Notes: a model not told the origin generated them from the sequence alone. DNA of 54,789 nt from Promethearchaeota archaeon (GCA_016840545.1 JAEOSD010000001.1:1-54789), one strand, 5' to 3'; shown: positions 28,905 to 38,540, counted from the stretch's first letter. Made by a program: numbers and translations.

Positions 28905-29432
28905 TCACCTATTTTCCATCTTTTCTAACGTCAATTCTGTAAGTACTTCAAATGTTTTATTGACATTTTGTCCGGTTTTATTTGAGATTTCTCCAAATCC
29001 AGAGAAATTATTTCTTTCAGATATTTGAATACCAAAATCTCTTGTTATGTTACGTTGAGTATTTAAATCTATTTTTGATCCAACAAGTACTATAGGAATT
29101 CCGCCAGCTTTTTGTCTAACTATACTTACCCACTCGGGTATATTGTCTAAAGTCGGAGGGCGAGTGATATCATAGAGAAGAAAAGCAGCATTTGCTCCTA
29201 AACAGTATGTGGGAAGTAAAAATCTAAATCTTTCCTCTCCACCGACATCCCATATCTGCAATTTAATTTTTTTTCCATGGAGTTCTATAGTTTTAACATG
29301 AAAATCAACTCCAATTGTTAATCGCTCTGAGGGGTTGAAAATATTATAACAATATCTTTTAGTAAAAGAAGTTTTCCCTACAGATGCGTCTCCCAATAAA
29401 AGAATTTTAAATGTATAATCATATGTTGGAAT
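28905..29432 (-). CDS. Rab-like small GTPase (Ras superfamily)
   Basis: G1 GDASVGKTS, switch I TIGVDF, G3 WDVGGEERF, G4 VGSKID, G5 EISNK. RabF-like motifs are present: IGVDF, KLQIWD, RFRFLL, LLYDIT. The ORF track starts at TTG 29396, but the in-frame upstream sequence encodes PTYDYTFKILL (beta-1). The start is proposed at ATT 29430-29432, which has AGGTG 7 nt upstream. Confidence 0.9.
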   Translation of the reverse strand: MPTYDYTFKILLLGDASVGKTSFTKRYCYNIFNPSERLTIGVDFHVKTIELHGKKIKLQIWDVGGEERFRFLLPTYCLGANAAFLLYDITRPPTLDNIPEWVSIVRQKAGGIPIVLVGSKIDLNTQRNITRDFGIQISERNNFSGFGEISNKTGQNVNKTFEVLTELTLEKMENR

Positions 29433-29679
29433 ATTATAACACCTTTTTAAAAATGATTTATATCCTCAACCAAATTAATTTTTTGATTTTAGTGCTTTAT
29501 TCTTCATTTCTGCTCTGTCGCTGAAATAGTGCTTAATATATCTATTGATAGTTCTTTGATATTAGCTTATTATTATAATTAAAATTGTCTTTTTTAATTC
29601 TTTACTTTTCATAATAAGTTAGCGATAGTCTTAACTACTAAAAAATAAACCTTTCCAGTTGAATAAATTAGAAGAAAGA

Positions 29680-30219
29680 TTATTCTCCCAAAAAAATTTC
29701 CCTTAAGTTTTTATAAATAATTGGATTTAGCTCTTTATCTAAATGATTTTTTAATTCATTCAAAATAATAGGATTATCTCTAAAATTGGCGAGATACCTT
29801 ATTATACTCCAACGAACTGAATCATCTGGATCTTCCAATAGGGGTAATAAAAACTTAATATATTTAATATCATCATTTTCTTTAATTTTCATAACGGCAC
29901 GAGCACGTATAATAAAATCCGGATTATACAATTGAGGTAATAGATGATACTCAATAATTCCATTTTTTGTAAAATTTAATATGAATTGAAATAATTCCTT
30001 TTTAAAATTATGGGTTTGGTCCAATTCTTTTATGATACTTTCAATTGTATATTCAGGGATTTTATTTCCTAATTTTAGTAGACTTTCAAAGGAAATGAAA
30101 AAATTTTCCGAAATATCATACTTAAGATAATTTAAAAGCTTTTTAATAATTTTGTCGTTAACCTTTGAGACTTCTATTAAATCCCAGTTATCATCTTCCG
30201 TGTAATTTTTATTATCCAT
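29680..30219 (-). CDS. HEAT/PBS-lyase-type repeat protein
   Basis: 179 aa, all-helical. The C-terminal half has HEAT-like repeats: NPDFIIRARAVMKI and LLEDPDDSVRWSIIRYLANFRDNP. Confidence 0.55.
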   Translation of the reverse strand: MDNKNYTEDDNWDLIEVSKVNDKIIKKLLNYLKYDISENFFISFESLLKLGNKIPEYTIESIIKELDQTHNFKKELFQFILNFTKNGIIEYHLLPQLYNPDFIIRARAVMKIKENDDIKYIKFLLPLLEDPDDSVRWSIIRYLANFRDNPIILNELKNHLDKELNPIIYKNLREIFLGE

Positions 30220-30463
30220 TAATTAATCTACTGTATCTTTAATTAAAATTTTTAACTTGATTATAATAAAATTTACGTGATCTTATTTAATTAATTTATT
30301 ATTAAAATGAAAATAATTAACTAGTTTACAAAAAATTTTAATTTGTAAATTTTTTGAATTTCTAAACTTAATAATATAATAACTTATAAGAAAAATTAGA
30401 GTAAGAAACGGTTAATTTTAAAAAAATTCAAGGAGGATCATGATAATCTAGATTTAAAAAATC

Positions 30464-31330
30464 TTAGTGTCCAAATAATGAAAAAGCATTATTATAAAAA
30501 ATATCTTGTTTTTCTTCATCATTGATTGGTAAGCATAAAATTTTAGAAATCTCAAGTTGTAATGGATTCGTTACAGGAGCATCAGAGCCAAAAAGAATTC
30601 TTTTACTCCCAACATTTCTAATTAGATTTAGAATCCCATATGGGATTGAACAAGAAGTCTCAAATAAAATATTTTTATATTTTTTCAAGCTTAATGATAA
30701 ATCAACAGCTAATTCCATTGCTAAAGCTGCATGTCCGACAATGATTTTAAGATTTGGATATTTTGATGCAAGTTTTGCTATATCATTACTACTAATTCCG
30801 TTAAAAATGGCGAACTTTGGAGTGAAATGGATAAATAGGGGAAAGTTTTGATTATAATTCTGCATAAAATCCACTAATTTTAATATGTCCCTAGGAATTT
30901 TTATTAGATGAATGCCGGAGTGAATTTTTACTCCACAGAAGCCTTTTTTAAAATGAGTTTCTAAAATTTTATAACTCTTATCTTCCTCTTCGGGAGGCAT
31001 ATTAGGATTAAACCAGAAGAATTTATAGAATCTTTTCGGGGCTTTTTTTGCAATATCTATAACATCTTGATGATCTAATTGATCTTTTGACATAGTATTT
31101 TTCATACGTTCAAATGCTTTTGACAATTTATTATCTTCATTATTCGTTCTACTCGCCTCTTTATTTTCATTAGAATAGATTTTAGAACTTACTGCTCTGT
31201 TTATTGTTGTCAAAACAGCTTTTTCAACATGATATTTATCCATATAACTAATTAAATCCTCGTTCTTATCTAAAAATGTCCCAAAAGTATGTATATGAGC
31301 ATCAAAAATCTTAAACTTTAACCCTTTTAT
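30464..31330 (-). CDS. metal-dependent amidohydrolase (Amidohydro_2/TIM-barrel) family protein
   Basis: Contains VGHAAL and the C-terminal FGSDAPV motif. The first ATG (31243) would remove the HxH metal motif, which is encoded in frame upstream (KIFDAHIHTFG at 31283-31312). The start is proposed at ATA 31328-31330, with GGTG 7 nt upstream. Confidence 0.7.
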   Translation of the reverse strand: MKGLKFKIFDAHIHTFGTFLDKNEDLISYMDKYHVEKAVLTTINRAVSSKIYSNENKEASRTNNEDNKLSKAFERMKNTMSKDQLDHQDVIDIAKKAPKRFYKFFWFNPNMPPEEEDKSYKILETHFKKGFCGVKIHSGIHLIKIPRDILKLVDFMQNYNQNFPLFIHFTPKFAIFNGISSNDIAKLASKYPNLKIIVGHAALAMELAVDLSLSLKKYKNILFETSCSIPYGILNLIRNVGSKRILFGSDAPVTNPLQLEISKILCLPINDEEKQDIFYNNAFSLFGH

Positions 31331-31392
31331 TTTAATACACCGAATTTTTTAACTGATAATAAAACACTATTTAAAATAGTTTAAGAAAATTA

Positions 31393-32304
31393 CTACTGGT
31401 ATTCATTAGCCATTGGATTTTTATCCATACAAGGAACATCAAACTGGCAAAAAGCACAACCAACAGGATAAACTTCAGGTCGTAATTTTCCATTTACTCT
31501 TCTTTTGTGAGGTTTTAAGATTGGTCCAATTCTTTGAATCATTTTTCTTGCTATTTTTTGACCATATTCATAACACTTTATCTTATCATGTCCATCCTTA
31601 TTTATAGCTTGACCTGGACATCTATTTTCACACTCTCTACAAATTCCTTTAGCATAAAATAGACAATTTTTATATGGATCATCCGTCTTTCTACTACTTA
31701 CCTTAAAAGGAGCATTTGTTATAATTGAAGCAAGTCGGATATTGCAGCCAAGATCGGTTATCAATGCTTCATGTAAACTAAAGGTTCCCAATCCAGCGGC
31801 AAACGCTATATGTCGCTCAGACCATGTTGAATGAAAGCCCCCTTTTGCAATTATACTAAATGATTCACTTAACATTCCAGCAACCACTTTATATCCCATT
31901 TTTATAAGAAATTTAATTGTTTGTCTTAATGTTTCAGCTTTAAAAGCATTCGCATAATTTCGACCAAGCGAATAAATTTCAGCAGGTAATTTTATTCGTG
32001 ATAGTTGTATAGCATTTCTACTTCCTTTTCGAATTTCATCACTAAATGGAAAAACTATAGAAACTATTCGCAAATTTGATGGTGATATACTATCTTGTCC
32101 ACAAGCTAACCACATTTCAATCGGAGTTAAATGTTCAGGACCAACTACCTCTTTAAATTTTTCGAAAATTGGATCATTTCCACTGGCAACTCCTATTATT
32201 GGAGATAAAAAAATTCTTCCACCTCCATATGTTTCATGGAGTTTATTTAAATTACTGTTAGAAAAAAATTTCTCCAAAAACTCTAATAATTCTTTATTGA
32301 GCAT
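31393..32304 (-). CDS. Fe-S protein of the epoxyqueuosine-reductase / reductive-dehalogenase-like class (tentative)
   Basis: 303 aa. The C-terminal Cys motifs CRECENRCPGQAI and CAFCQFDVPC resemble the two-cluster region of QueG/RdhA-like proteins. The N-terminal part could not be assigned by eye. Confidence 0.4.
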   Translation of the reverse strand: MLNKELLEFLEKFFSNSNLNKLHETYGGGRIFLSPIIGVASGNDPIFEKFKEVVGPEHLTPIEMWLACGQDSISPSNLRIVSIVFPFSDEIRKGSRNAIQLSRIKLPAEIYSLGRNYANAFKAETLRQTIKFLIKMGYKVVAGMLSESFSIIAKGGFHSTWSERHIAFAAGLGTFSLHEALITDLGCNIRLASIITNAPFKVSSRKTDDPYKNCLFYAKGICRECENRCPGQAINKDGHDKIKCYEYGQKIARKMIQRIGPILKPHKRRVNGKLRPEVYPVGCAFCQFDVPCMDKNPMANEYQ

Positions 32305-32437
32305 TATTAAATGAATTTAATTGTAATTAATATTTAGTTCAATCAGATAAAAAGATTTATTATATCATTGGAAAATAAAGTATAAAAGAAAATGTTATTT
32401 AACATAATCCAATTGTTTTTAAGAAAAAAAGGTTAAA

Positions 32438-33838
32438 ATGATAATGGAAAAATTTGAAGAAATTGAACAAAAAGTAGTAGATCTAATGGGAGAATTTAAA
32501 ATTCCCGGACTTTCTATTGGAATTGTTGAGCAGGGAAAACCCATATATGCTAAAGGATTTGGAGCAAGAAACATAGAAAAGAATCTTCCATTTACAGAAA
32601 ACACTTTATTTGGAATTGGTTCTATATCGAAATCATTTACAGCTCTGGCTTTATTACAACTTGTACAAGAAGGGAAAATTAACCTTCAAGATCCTGTGAA
32701 TAAATATCTTAATTTTAAATTAGGATATAATAAAAATCCAATAAAAGTTTGTCATTTATTATCACATTCCTCAGGTATTCCCGAATTAAGCGCTAATGTG
32801 GTGGCACTAGTACGCCAACTTGGAAATTTTAATGTCTCTATTCCTATGAGTAGCTGGAATGATTTTTTTCTCCATATAAATAATGCAATTACAGAAATTT
32901 TTAATGTACCTGATAAAAATTTCTTCTATAATAATGATATGTTTACTTGTGTTGGTCTTATTATTGAAAAATTAACGAACATGAAATTTGAAGCATATAT
33001 TAAAAAAAAAATACTTGAACCTCTAAACATGGATAGATCTTTTTATTTAAAGGAGGATTTTGAAAAAGATAATGATGTGTTAACAGGTTATATTCCTTCT
33101 GAAAAAAAAGAACTATATAAAGAAACTTCTCATCCATTTGATAAAATTGTTTATGCTCCTGGAGGATTAGTAAGCTCAGCAAGAGAAATGCAAAATTATA
33201 TAATTACATTGATTAATGGGGGTGTGTTTAATAATTCGAAGATTATTCAACAATCACTATTAGAGCAAATGTGGACTCCTTATATAAAAATCCCAGAAGA
33301 AACTCTTGGTGGTAAAGATGCATGGTATGGTTTTGGTTGGATGATAGAAAAGGACTTTTTCGGACATAGATTAATTCATCATGGAGGAGATGTAGGATCT
33401 TCTACTTCATTTTTAGCACTAATTCCAGAAAAAAAAATGGGAGTTATAATTGGCGCGAATTGTAATGCATCAATTGTATTAAGCTCTTTAGCTCATTTAT
33501 TTCTTGGATTTCTATTAGGAATAGAAATCAATAAAACAACTCCAGCTCTAGAGATATATAAAAAATTGAAGTCATTAACAGGGAAGTACTCAACTTATAA
33601 AAACCTTGAGAACATAAACATTTCATTCGAAAATGACATTCTCTATGCTGAAATTAAAGAATCTTTGGACTTCTTTATACCCATGAAATTACCACTTGTT
33701 CCTGAAGATATTGATGAATTAAAATTTTATGTACCTATTGCTTATCCAAATAGAAAATTAAAAGTTCAATTTTTTATGGATGAACAAACAGAAAAAGTTT
33801 ATTTTATTTTTGATAGATATTATTTTCATAAAAAATAG
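32438..33838 (+). CDS. serine hydrolase, beta-lactamase/transpeptidase-like (class C / EstB-type) family
   Basis: 466 aa with the SxxK motif GSISKSFTA, a YxN motif (YNND) and HHGG in place of KTG. A C-terminal lipocalin-like extension is present. Confidence 0.85.
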   Translation: MIMEKFEEIEQKVVDLMGEFKIPGLSIGIVEQGKPIYAKGFGARNIEKNLPFTENTLFGIGSISKSFTALALLQLVQEGKINLQDPVNKYLNFKLGYNKNPIKVCHLLSHSSGIPELSANVVALVRQLGNFNVSIPMSSWNDFFLHINNAITEIFNVPDKNFFYNNDMFTCVGLIIEKLTNMKFEAYIKKKILEPLNMDRSFYLKEDFEKDNDVLTGYIPSEKKELYKETSHPFDKIVYAPGGLVSSAREMQNYIITLINGGVFNNSKIIQQSLLEQMWTPYIKIPEETLGGKDAWYGFGWMIEKDFFGHRLIHHGGDVGSSTSFLALIPEKKMGVIIGANCNASIVLSSLAHLFLGFLLGIEINKTTPALEIYKKLKSLTGKYSTYKNLENINISFENDILYAEIKESLDFFIPMKLPLVPEDIDELKFYVPIAYPNRKLKVQFFMDEQTEKVYFIFDRYYFHKK

Positions 33839-33868
33839 ATTTAATGAAATTTTTATTATCAATACCTT

Positions 33869-35791
33869 ATGTCGCTTAGAATTAAAAAGGAATGGTTTAT
33901 TGATGAAAAAGGACGATCTGTGCTTTTAAGAGGAGTAAATTTGGGTGGGAGCTCAAAAGTTCCATTTACACCAAATGGAGCAACTCACATTAAAACTAAT
34001 TTAACTGATCATCGGAATGTTTCATTTGTTAGTCGTCCGTTTCCAATAGAAGAAGCTAATGAACATTTTAAAAGATTGAAACATTGGGGATTCAATTGCT
34101 TACGATTTTTAATTACATGGGAGGCAATTGAACATAAAGGTCCAAAAGAGTATGATAAAAAGTACCTTGATTACATAGAAGAAGTTTTAAATATTGCTAC
34201 TGAATTTGATTTTTACACTTTTATTGATCCCCATCAAGATGTTTGGAGCCGCATGTCTGGTGGAGATGGTGCCCCAGGCTGGATTTTTGAAAAAATTGGG
34301 CTAGATTTTACAAAATTTGACGCCTCTGAGGCTGCGTTTGTAATGCAGTATAGATATGATTCTAATAATCCTAATACATATCCTCCAATGCACTGGTCCA
34401 GTAATGCTATGAGATTTGCGAATGGAACTATGTGGACTTTGTTTTTTGGAGGAAAAGATTTTGCCCCGTCATGTATTATTGATGGAATAAATGCTCAAGA
34501 TTATTTACAACAACATTACATTAATGCGATTAAACAAGTAGCATTAAGAGTTAAAGGTAATCCTTATGTGCTTGGATTTGATACCCTAAATGAACCAGAA
34601 CAGGGCTGGATTGAAAAAAGGGTTGATGGTGTTGGAGCTGAGAATTTAAGTGAAGAGTTAGGTTATAATTTTACACCTTTTGATGCAATGCTAACTGGCT
34701 CAGGTTATCCGAGAACAATTGGATTTAAGGAGATTAAACGATTTGGTATTAAAGAAACAAGAAGAGATGAATTAAATAAAGGAAAAGTTTCATGTTGGCT
34801 CGAGGGTGCTGAAGATATTTGGAGAAAAGAAGGTATATGGGAATTAGATGGAAATGGAGAACCACAAATTTTAAATAATGACTATTTTGTGGTTAAAGAT
34901 CATAAAAAGGTCGACTTTTATCGAGATTATTTATCACCATTTATAGAAAAGTATACTAAAAATATTAGAGAAATTATATCTGATTCTATAATATTTTTTG
35001 AAAGTCATCCAATAAGAATGCTAAAAGGAGAAAAATTAACTTTTAAAGTACCAGAAAATGTGGTACATGCAGGGCATTGGTATGATGGAGCCACACTGGG
35101 TACAAAACGCCCTATGATAAAAGCAAATTATGATCTTTCAGAGGAAAAAATAGTTATGGGAAAAGGAAATGTTCAAGAGATGTTTATTCGGCAACTTAGT
35201 AATATTAAAAATATTGCAAAATCAATCCATCGCGGAATTCCAACTTTAATAGGGGAATTTGGCCTACCATTTGATCTCAATAATAAAGAAGCTTATCAAA
35301 AATTTAAAACAGACCCAGATATAGCTTGGAAAAAGCATATCAAACTGTTAACAATGTACTATAATGCCTTGGATGCAAGTCTATTACACTCAACCCAATG
35401 GAATTATACTGCAGATAATACAAATGATTGGGGAGACCAGTGGAATTTAGAAGATCTTTCAATTTTCAGTAGAAGCCAACAACTTAATACCGAAGACATA
35501 AATAGCGGTGGTAGAGCAATTAAGGGATTTTGTCGCCCGAGAGTTGTTCGATGTGGAGGTACCCCAATAAAAATGGAATTTGATATTAAGGAAGGCAATT
35601 TCTATTTTGAATTCGATGGTGATTCTTCAATCAGAGCTCCTACGATTTTATACATTCCAAAAATACAATATCCAAGAGGCTATGAAATAAAAGTATCTGA
35701 AGGAGAAATTGAAAAAAGAGCAGAAGAACAATTAATTTCGATACAAATAAAAGAAGATGGAGTTCATATATTAAAGATAATGAGAATTTAA
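33869..35791 (+). CDS. glycoside hydrolase family 5, endoglycoceramidase/glucosylceramidase-like
   Basis: 640 aa with N-terminal RPFPIEEANEHFKRLKHWGFNCLRFLITWEAIEH. The acid/base is FDTLNEPE and the nucleophile LIGEFGLPF. A long C-terminal beta domain is present. No signal peptide is evident. Confidence 0.8.
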   Translation: MSLRIKKEWFIDEKGRSVLLRGVNLGGSSKVPFTPNGATHIKTNLTDHRNVSFVSRPFPIEEANEHFKRLKHWGFNCLRFLITWEAIEHKGPKEYDKKYLDYIEEVLNIATEFDFYTFIDPHQDVWSRMSGGDGAPGWIFEKIGLDFTKFDASEAAFVMQYRYDSNNPNTYPPMHWSSNAMRFANGTMWTLFFGGKDFAPSCIIDGINAQDYLQQHYINAIKQVALRVKGNPYVLGFDTLNEPEQGWIEKRVDGVGAENLSEELGYNFTPFDAMLTGSGYPRTIGFKEIKRFGIKETRRDELNKGKVSCWLEGAEDIWRKEGIWELDGNGEPQILNNDYFVVKDHKKVDFYRDYLSPFIEKYTKNIREIISDSIIFFESHPIRMLKGEKLTFKVPENVVHAGHWYDGATLGTKRPMIKANYDLSEEKIVMGKGNVQEMFIRQLSNIKNIAKSIHRGIPTLIGEFGLPFDLNNKEAYQKFKTDPDIAWKKHIKLLTMYYNALDASLLHSTQWNYTADNTNDWGDQWNLEDLSIFSRSQQLNTEDINSGGRAIKGFCRPRVVRCGGTPIKMEFDIKEGNFYFEFDGDSSIRAPTILYIPKIQYPRGYEIKVSEGEIEKRAEEQLISIQIKEDGVHILKIMRI

Positions 35792-35822
35792 AGAATATTA
35801 AAAATTATAATAATGAGCTAAA

Positions 35823-36959
35823 TCATAGTTCCCATTTGATATGCTCATAATTTTTTTTCACTACTTTATCTAATCCTTCTAAAATACTCCTTGTACCTAT
35901 TGTATTGTAAATTTTCATTAAATCATCCATTGTAGCAAAATCTCCTTTTTTAGCCGAAAGATAAGAAAGAAGTACTATAGCAACTCCTTGTTTGGCTTGC
36001 TCAGGAGTGAACTCAGGAGTTTTATCTTCTAATATACATTCAGCAAAATAAGCATCTTCATAGCCCATAGATATTTTGTAATATTTAGGAAATGGTCCAT
36101 GTTCAATTGTAGGACTATAGAATTCTCCTTTGACCTCCGCATCTAAATGTGAAGAAAAAATCTGAACTGGTTTTTCCCAAGAATGATCTTCAAGAATTGT
36201 ACCTTTGGTACCGTGTAACTCTGTTCTATTGGTTAAAGGATGGATTGTTAAAGATGAAATATCAACTGTAATCATTGCCCCACTTCTGTATCGTAAAAGT
36301 ACAATTGCTGTATCCTCTCCTTTATTAGGGGGTGAATTTATAGCTTTTCCTAGCCAAGATTGTGCAGAATAAACCTCACCCAAAAGCCAATTCAAAAAAG
36401 TAAATTTATGAACTCCCTGATCTGCAACAACCCCGCCTCCACCTTTATCATAGGTAAAATTCCATTTATTGGGATCAAGAAATTGATCAGCGGTAACAAA
36501 TGCTCCCTCATAAGACCGTCCGAAAAAAACATCTCCGATAAGACCACGATCTATAATGTCTTTTATATATTGATGAGCTGGAAGAAAGCGGTGATTTTCT
36601 GCAATCATGAATTTAATTCCTGCTTTCTTAGTCGCCGTAATCATATCATCACACTCTTCAAGTGTGGTTGCCATTGGTTTTTCACAAATAACATGCTTTC
36701 CAGCTTCAGCTGCCGCAACAACGATATCTTTATGAAGATAATGAGGTACCATGACGAGAACAGCATCAATATCACTTTTAAAAAAATCATCTAATTTTGA
36801 ATAAGTTTTCAGCTTAGAAAATTTTGCTGCTCTATTTAAGTTTCTCTCATTGGTGTCATATGCTGAAATAAACTTTATTTTTGGATTATTCTTAGCACCA
36901 AGCCGGTGATAGCCCCATACAGCACCAGTTCCAATTATGCCAAATTTTACAAAATCCAT
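35823..36959 (-). CDS. Gfo/Idh/MocA-family NAD(P)-dependent (sugar) oxidoreductase
   Basis: 378 aa with Rossmann FGIIGTGAVWG and the family EKP motif ICEKPMA. Confidence 0.85.
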   Translation of the reverse strand: MDFVKFGIIGTGAVWGYHRLGAKNNPKIKFISAYDTNERNLNRAAKFSKLKTYSKLDDFFKSDIDAVLVMVPHYLHKDIVVAAAEAGKHVICEKPMATTLEECDDMITATKKAGIKFMIAENHRFLPAHQYIKDIIDRGLIGDVFFGRSYEGAFVTADQFLDPNKWNFTYDKGGGGVVADQGVHKFTFLNWLLGEVYSAQSWLGKAINSPPNKGEDTAIVLLRYRSGAMITVDISSLTIHPLTNRTELHGTKGTILEDHSWEKPVQIFSSHLDAEVKGEFYSPTIEHGPFPKYYKISMGYEDAYFAECILEDKTPEFTPEQAKQGVAIVLLSYLSAKKGDFATMDDLMKIYNTIGTRSILEGLDKVVKKNYEHIKWEL

Positions 36960-37025
36960 AATGCTATACCTTTTAGATATTATTTTTTCATTATTAATAA
37001 ATATCCGGAAAAAGAATTATTTTCT

Positions 37026-38150
37026 CTATTTTACGAAAATGTTTTTATCTAAACTGGAAAGTCTTTCACAACCAGATTTAGTAATCCTATAGCAATCTTC
37101 TATACCTATCAACCCTTGATTCTTGAAATTCTGCCAAACTTCAATATCAAATACCATATTCATTTCAAATAACCTCTCAAGTTTTTTCATTGGACTGAAT
37201 AAATGGATTTCCTCAACTTCTAACCCAATACTATGCCCAGTGATAAAGCATCTCCCTCGTTTAGTTAAGGATCTATGAAAATTATTCGCATTAGTATATA
37301 CTTCTTTCATATTCACTCCTGGTTGAATATTATTGGCACAAAATTCTTGAACTTTAATCATTCGGTCCATGGTTTCCTCAGCACCTTCAGGTATTTGTCC
37401 AATTACCATTTCCCTACTAACATCAGAAACATATCCTTTCCAAATTGTTCCGATATCAAATCTATTAAGATCTCCTGATTTCATGGAAATCCCAATTCCT
37501 GGAGCCTCGGGATCAGAAGGCCCAAGATTCATAGTAAGGTGATCCCATCCTTCTGCTCCCTCATCAACTATTGTTCTTCGGGCTATTTGCAATAACTCAT
37601 TATCAGTTAACCCTTCTCGAGCTACGTCTATCATTGCTTTTATTGCCTTTTCGGAAATTTCTGTAGATTTCTTTATACGTCTTACTTCTTCTTCTGATTT
37701 AATCAATCGCATGTCTAATAATGCTTGATCTCCATTAATAAAATTTGCATTAGGAAATTTTTTCCTTAAGAATTCAGATTGATAGGAGGGCATTAAAGAT
37801 TCATATGCAATTTTTTTTTCTGATAAACCCCATTTTTCAATTCTATCCGAAACTTCTACCATTGCTGCCTTAGGAGAGCCAATTCCACTAACATCTTTAA
37901 CCCATGAAAATTTATCTACGCTATTGTATGTAATCCAAGTAATTAAACTTTCTTCACCATTCCTTTTTACCAAAGAGAGGCTAGGGAACTGATTAGATAA
38001 CACATATAGAATAGGATTAGGTGCCACGTGTAATGTAGGCAAACCTGTAGTATAAAATACATTAATAGGACTGGACACAACTAAAACATCAATATCGTGC
38101 TTTTCTAAAATATCCTGTGCCTTTTGTTTACTAAAACCAATTGGTTCCAT
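37026..38150 (-). CDS. M24-family Xaa-Pro peptidase / creatinase-like hydrolase
   Basis: 374 aa with an N-terminal creatinase/prolidase domain. The pita-bread metal ligand contexts are DIGTIWKGYVSDVSRE, GHSIGLEVEE and IGIEDC. Confidence 0.8.
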   Translation of the reverse strand: MEPIGFSKQKAQDILEKHDIDVLVVSSPINVFYTTGLPTLHVAPNPILYVLSNQFPSLSLVKRNGEESLITWITYNSVDKFSWVKDVSGIGSPKAAMVEVSDRIEKWGLSEKKIAYESLMPSYQSEFLRKKFPNANFINGDQALLDMRLIKSEEEVRRIKKSTEISEKAIKAMIDVAREGLTDNELLQIARRTIVDEGAEGWDHLTMNLGPSDPEAPGIGISMKSGDLNRFDIGTIWKGYVSDVSREMVIGQIPEGAEETMDRMIKVQEFCANNIQPGVNMKEVYTNANNFHRSLTKRGRCFITGHSIGLEVEEIHLFSPMKKLERLFEMNMVFDIEVWQNFKNQGLIGIEDCYRITKSGCERLSSLDKNIFVK

Positions 38151-38189
38151 TTTTTATCATATTCTTTCTCTAAATAATTTATTTTAAAG

Positions 38190-38540
38190 CTAATCAATGT
38201 CCATAAAGATTTCTAATCTTTGCAATGCATTCATATCCCCTTTAGTTTTAAGTTCCCCTTCCATGAATGCTTCCATAGGATCAATTTCTCCAGTAGCAAT
38301 GCCCACAAAAATGTCAGATGTAGTTTCTAAACCCATTTCAGCATTTTCATCGAATCCTTCTTCTATTTTAGCTGTTTTATTCTTAAAAATCATTTTTAAT
38401 TTGAAATCAATATCAGCAAATACAAATTGCATTGTCTTATTGAAACCTTCAAATTCTTCTGCAATCTCTGGATCATCCAATGCTTTAGCCCATTTATTCA
38501 GAGCCTCTTTAACTTCCTCAATTGTTGCCATTAAATACAC
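38190..38540 (-). CDS. SCP2 (sterol carrier protein 2) domain protein
   Basis: 116 aa. The C-terminal signature GEIDPMEAFMEGELKTKGDMNAL is typical of SCP2 lipid-binding domains. Confidence 0.75.
   Translation of the reverse strand: MYLMATIEEVKEALNKWAKALDDPEIAEEFEGFNKTMQFVFADIDFKLKMIFKNKTAKIEEGFDENAEMGLETTSDIFVGIATGEIDPMEAFMEGELKTKGDMNALQRLEIFMDID

Noticed and set aside
30431-30451. Strong AAGGAGGA followed by ATG-ATA-ATC-TAG mini-ORF on the plus strand
   Set aside because: The SD-to-ATG spacing is only about 2-3 nt and the ORF has three sense codons. It lies just past the 3' end of a minus-strand gene. It is most likely fortuitous.
30522-30851. 109-aa plus-strand ORF inside the amidohydrolase gene (the same applies to 31413-31607, 32419-32604, 33000-33182, 35404-35598, 36360-36794, 37275-37478, 38197-38589, 40021-40239, 40600-40824)
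   Set aside because: These are shadow ORFs opposite genes with recognisable catalytic motifs. None carries a motif of its own.
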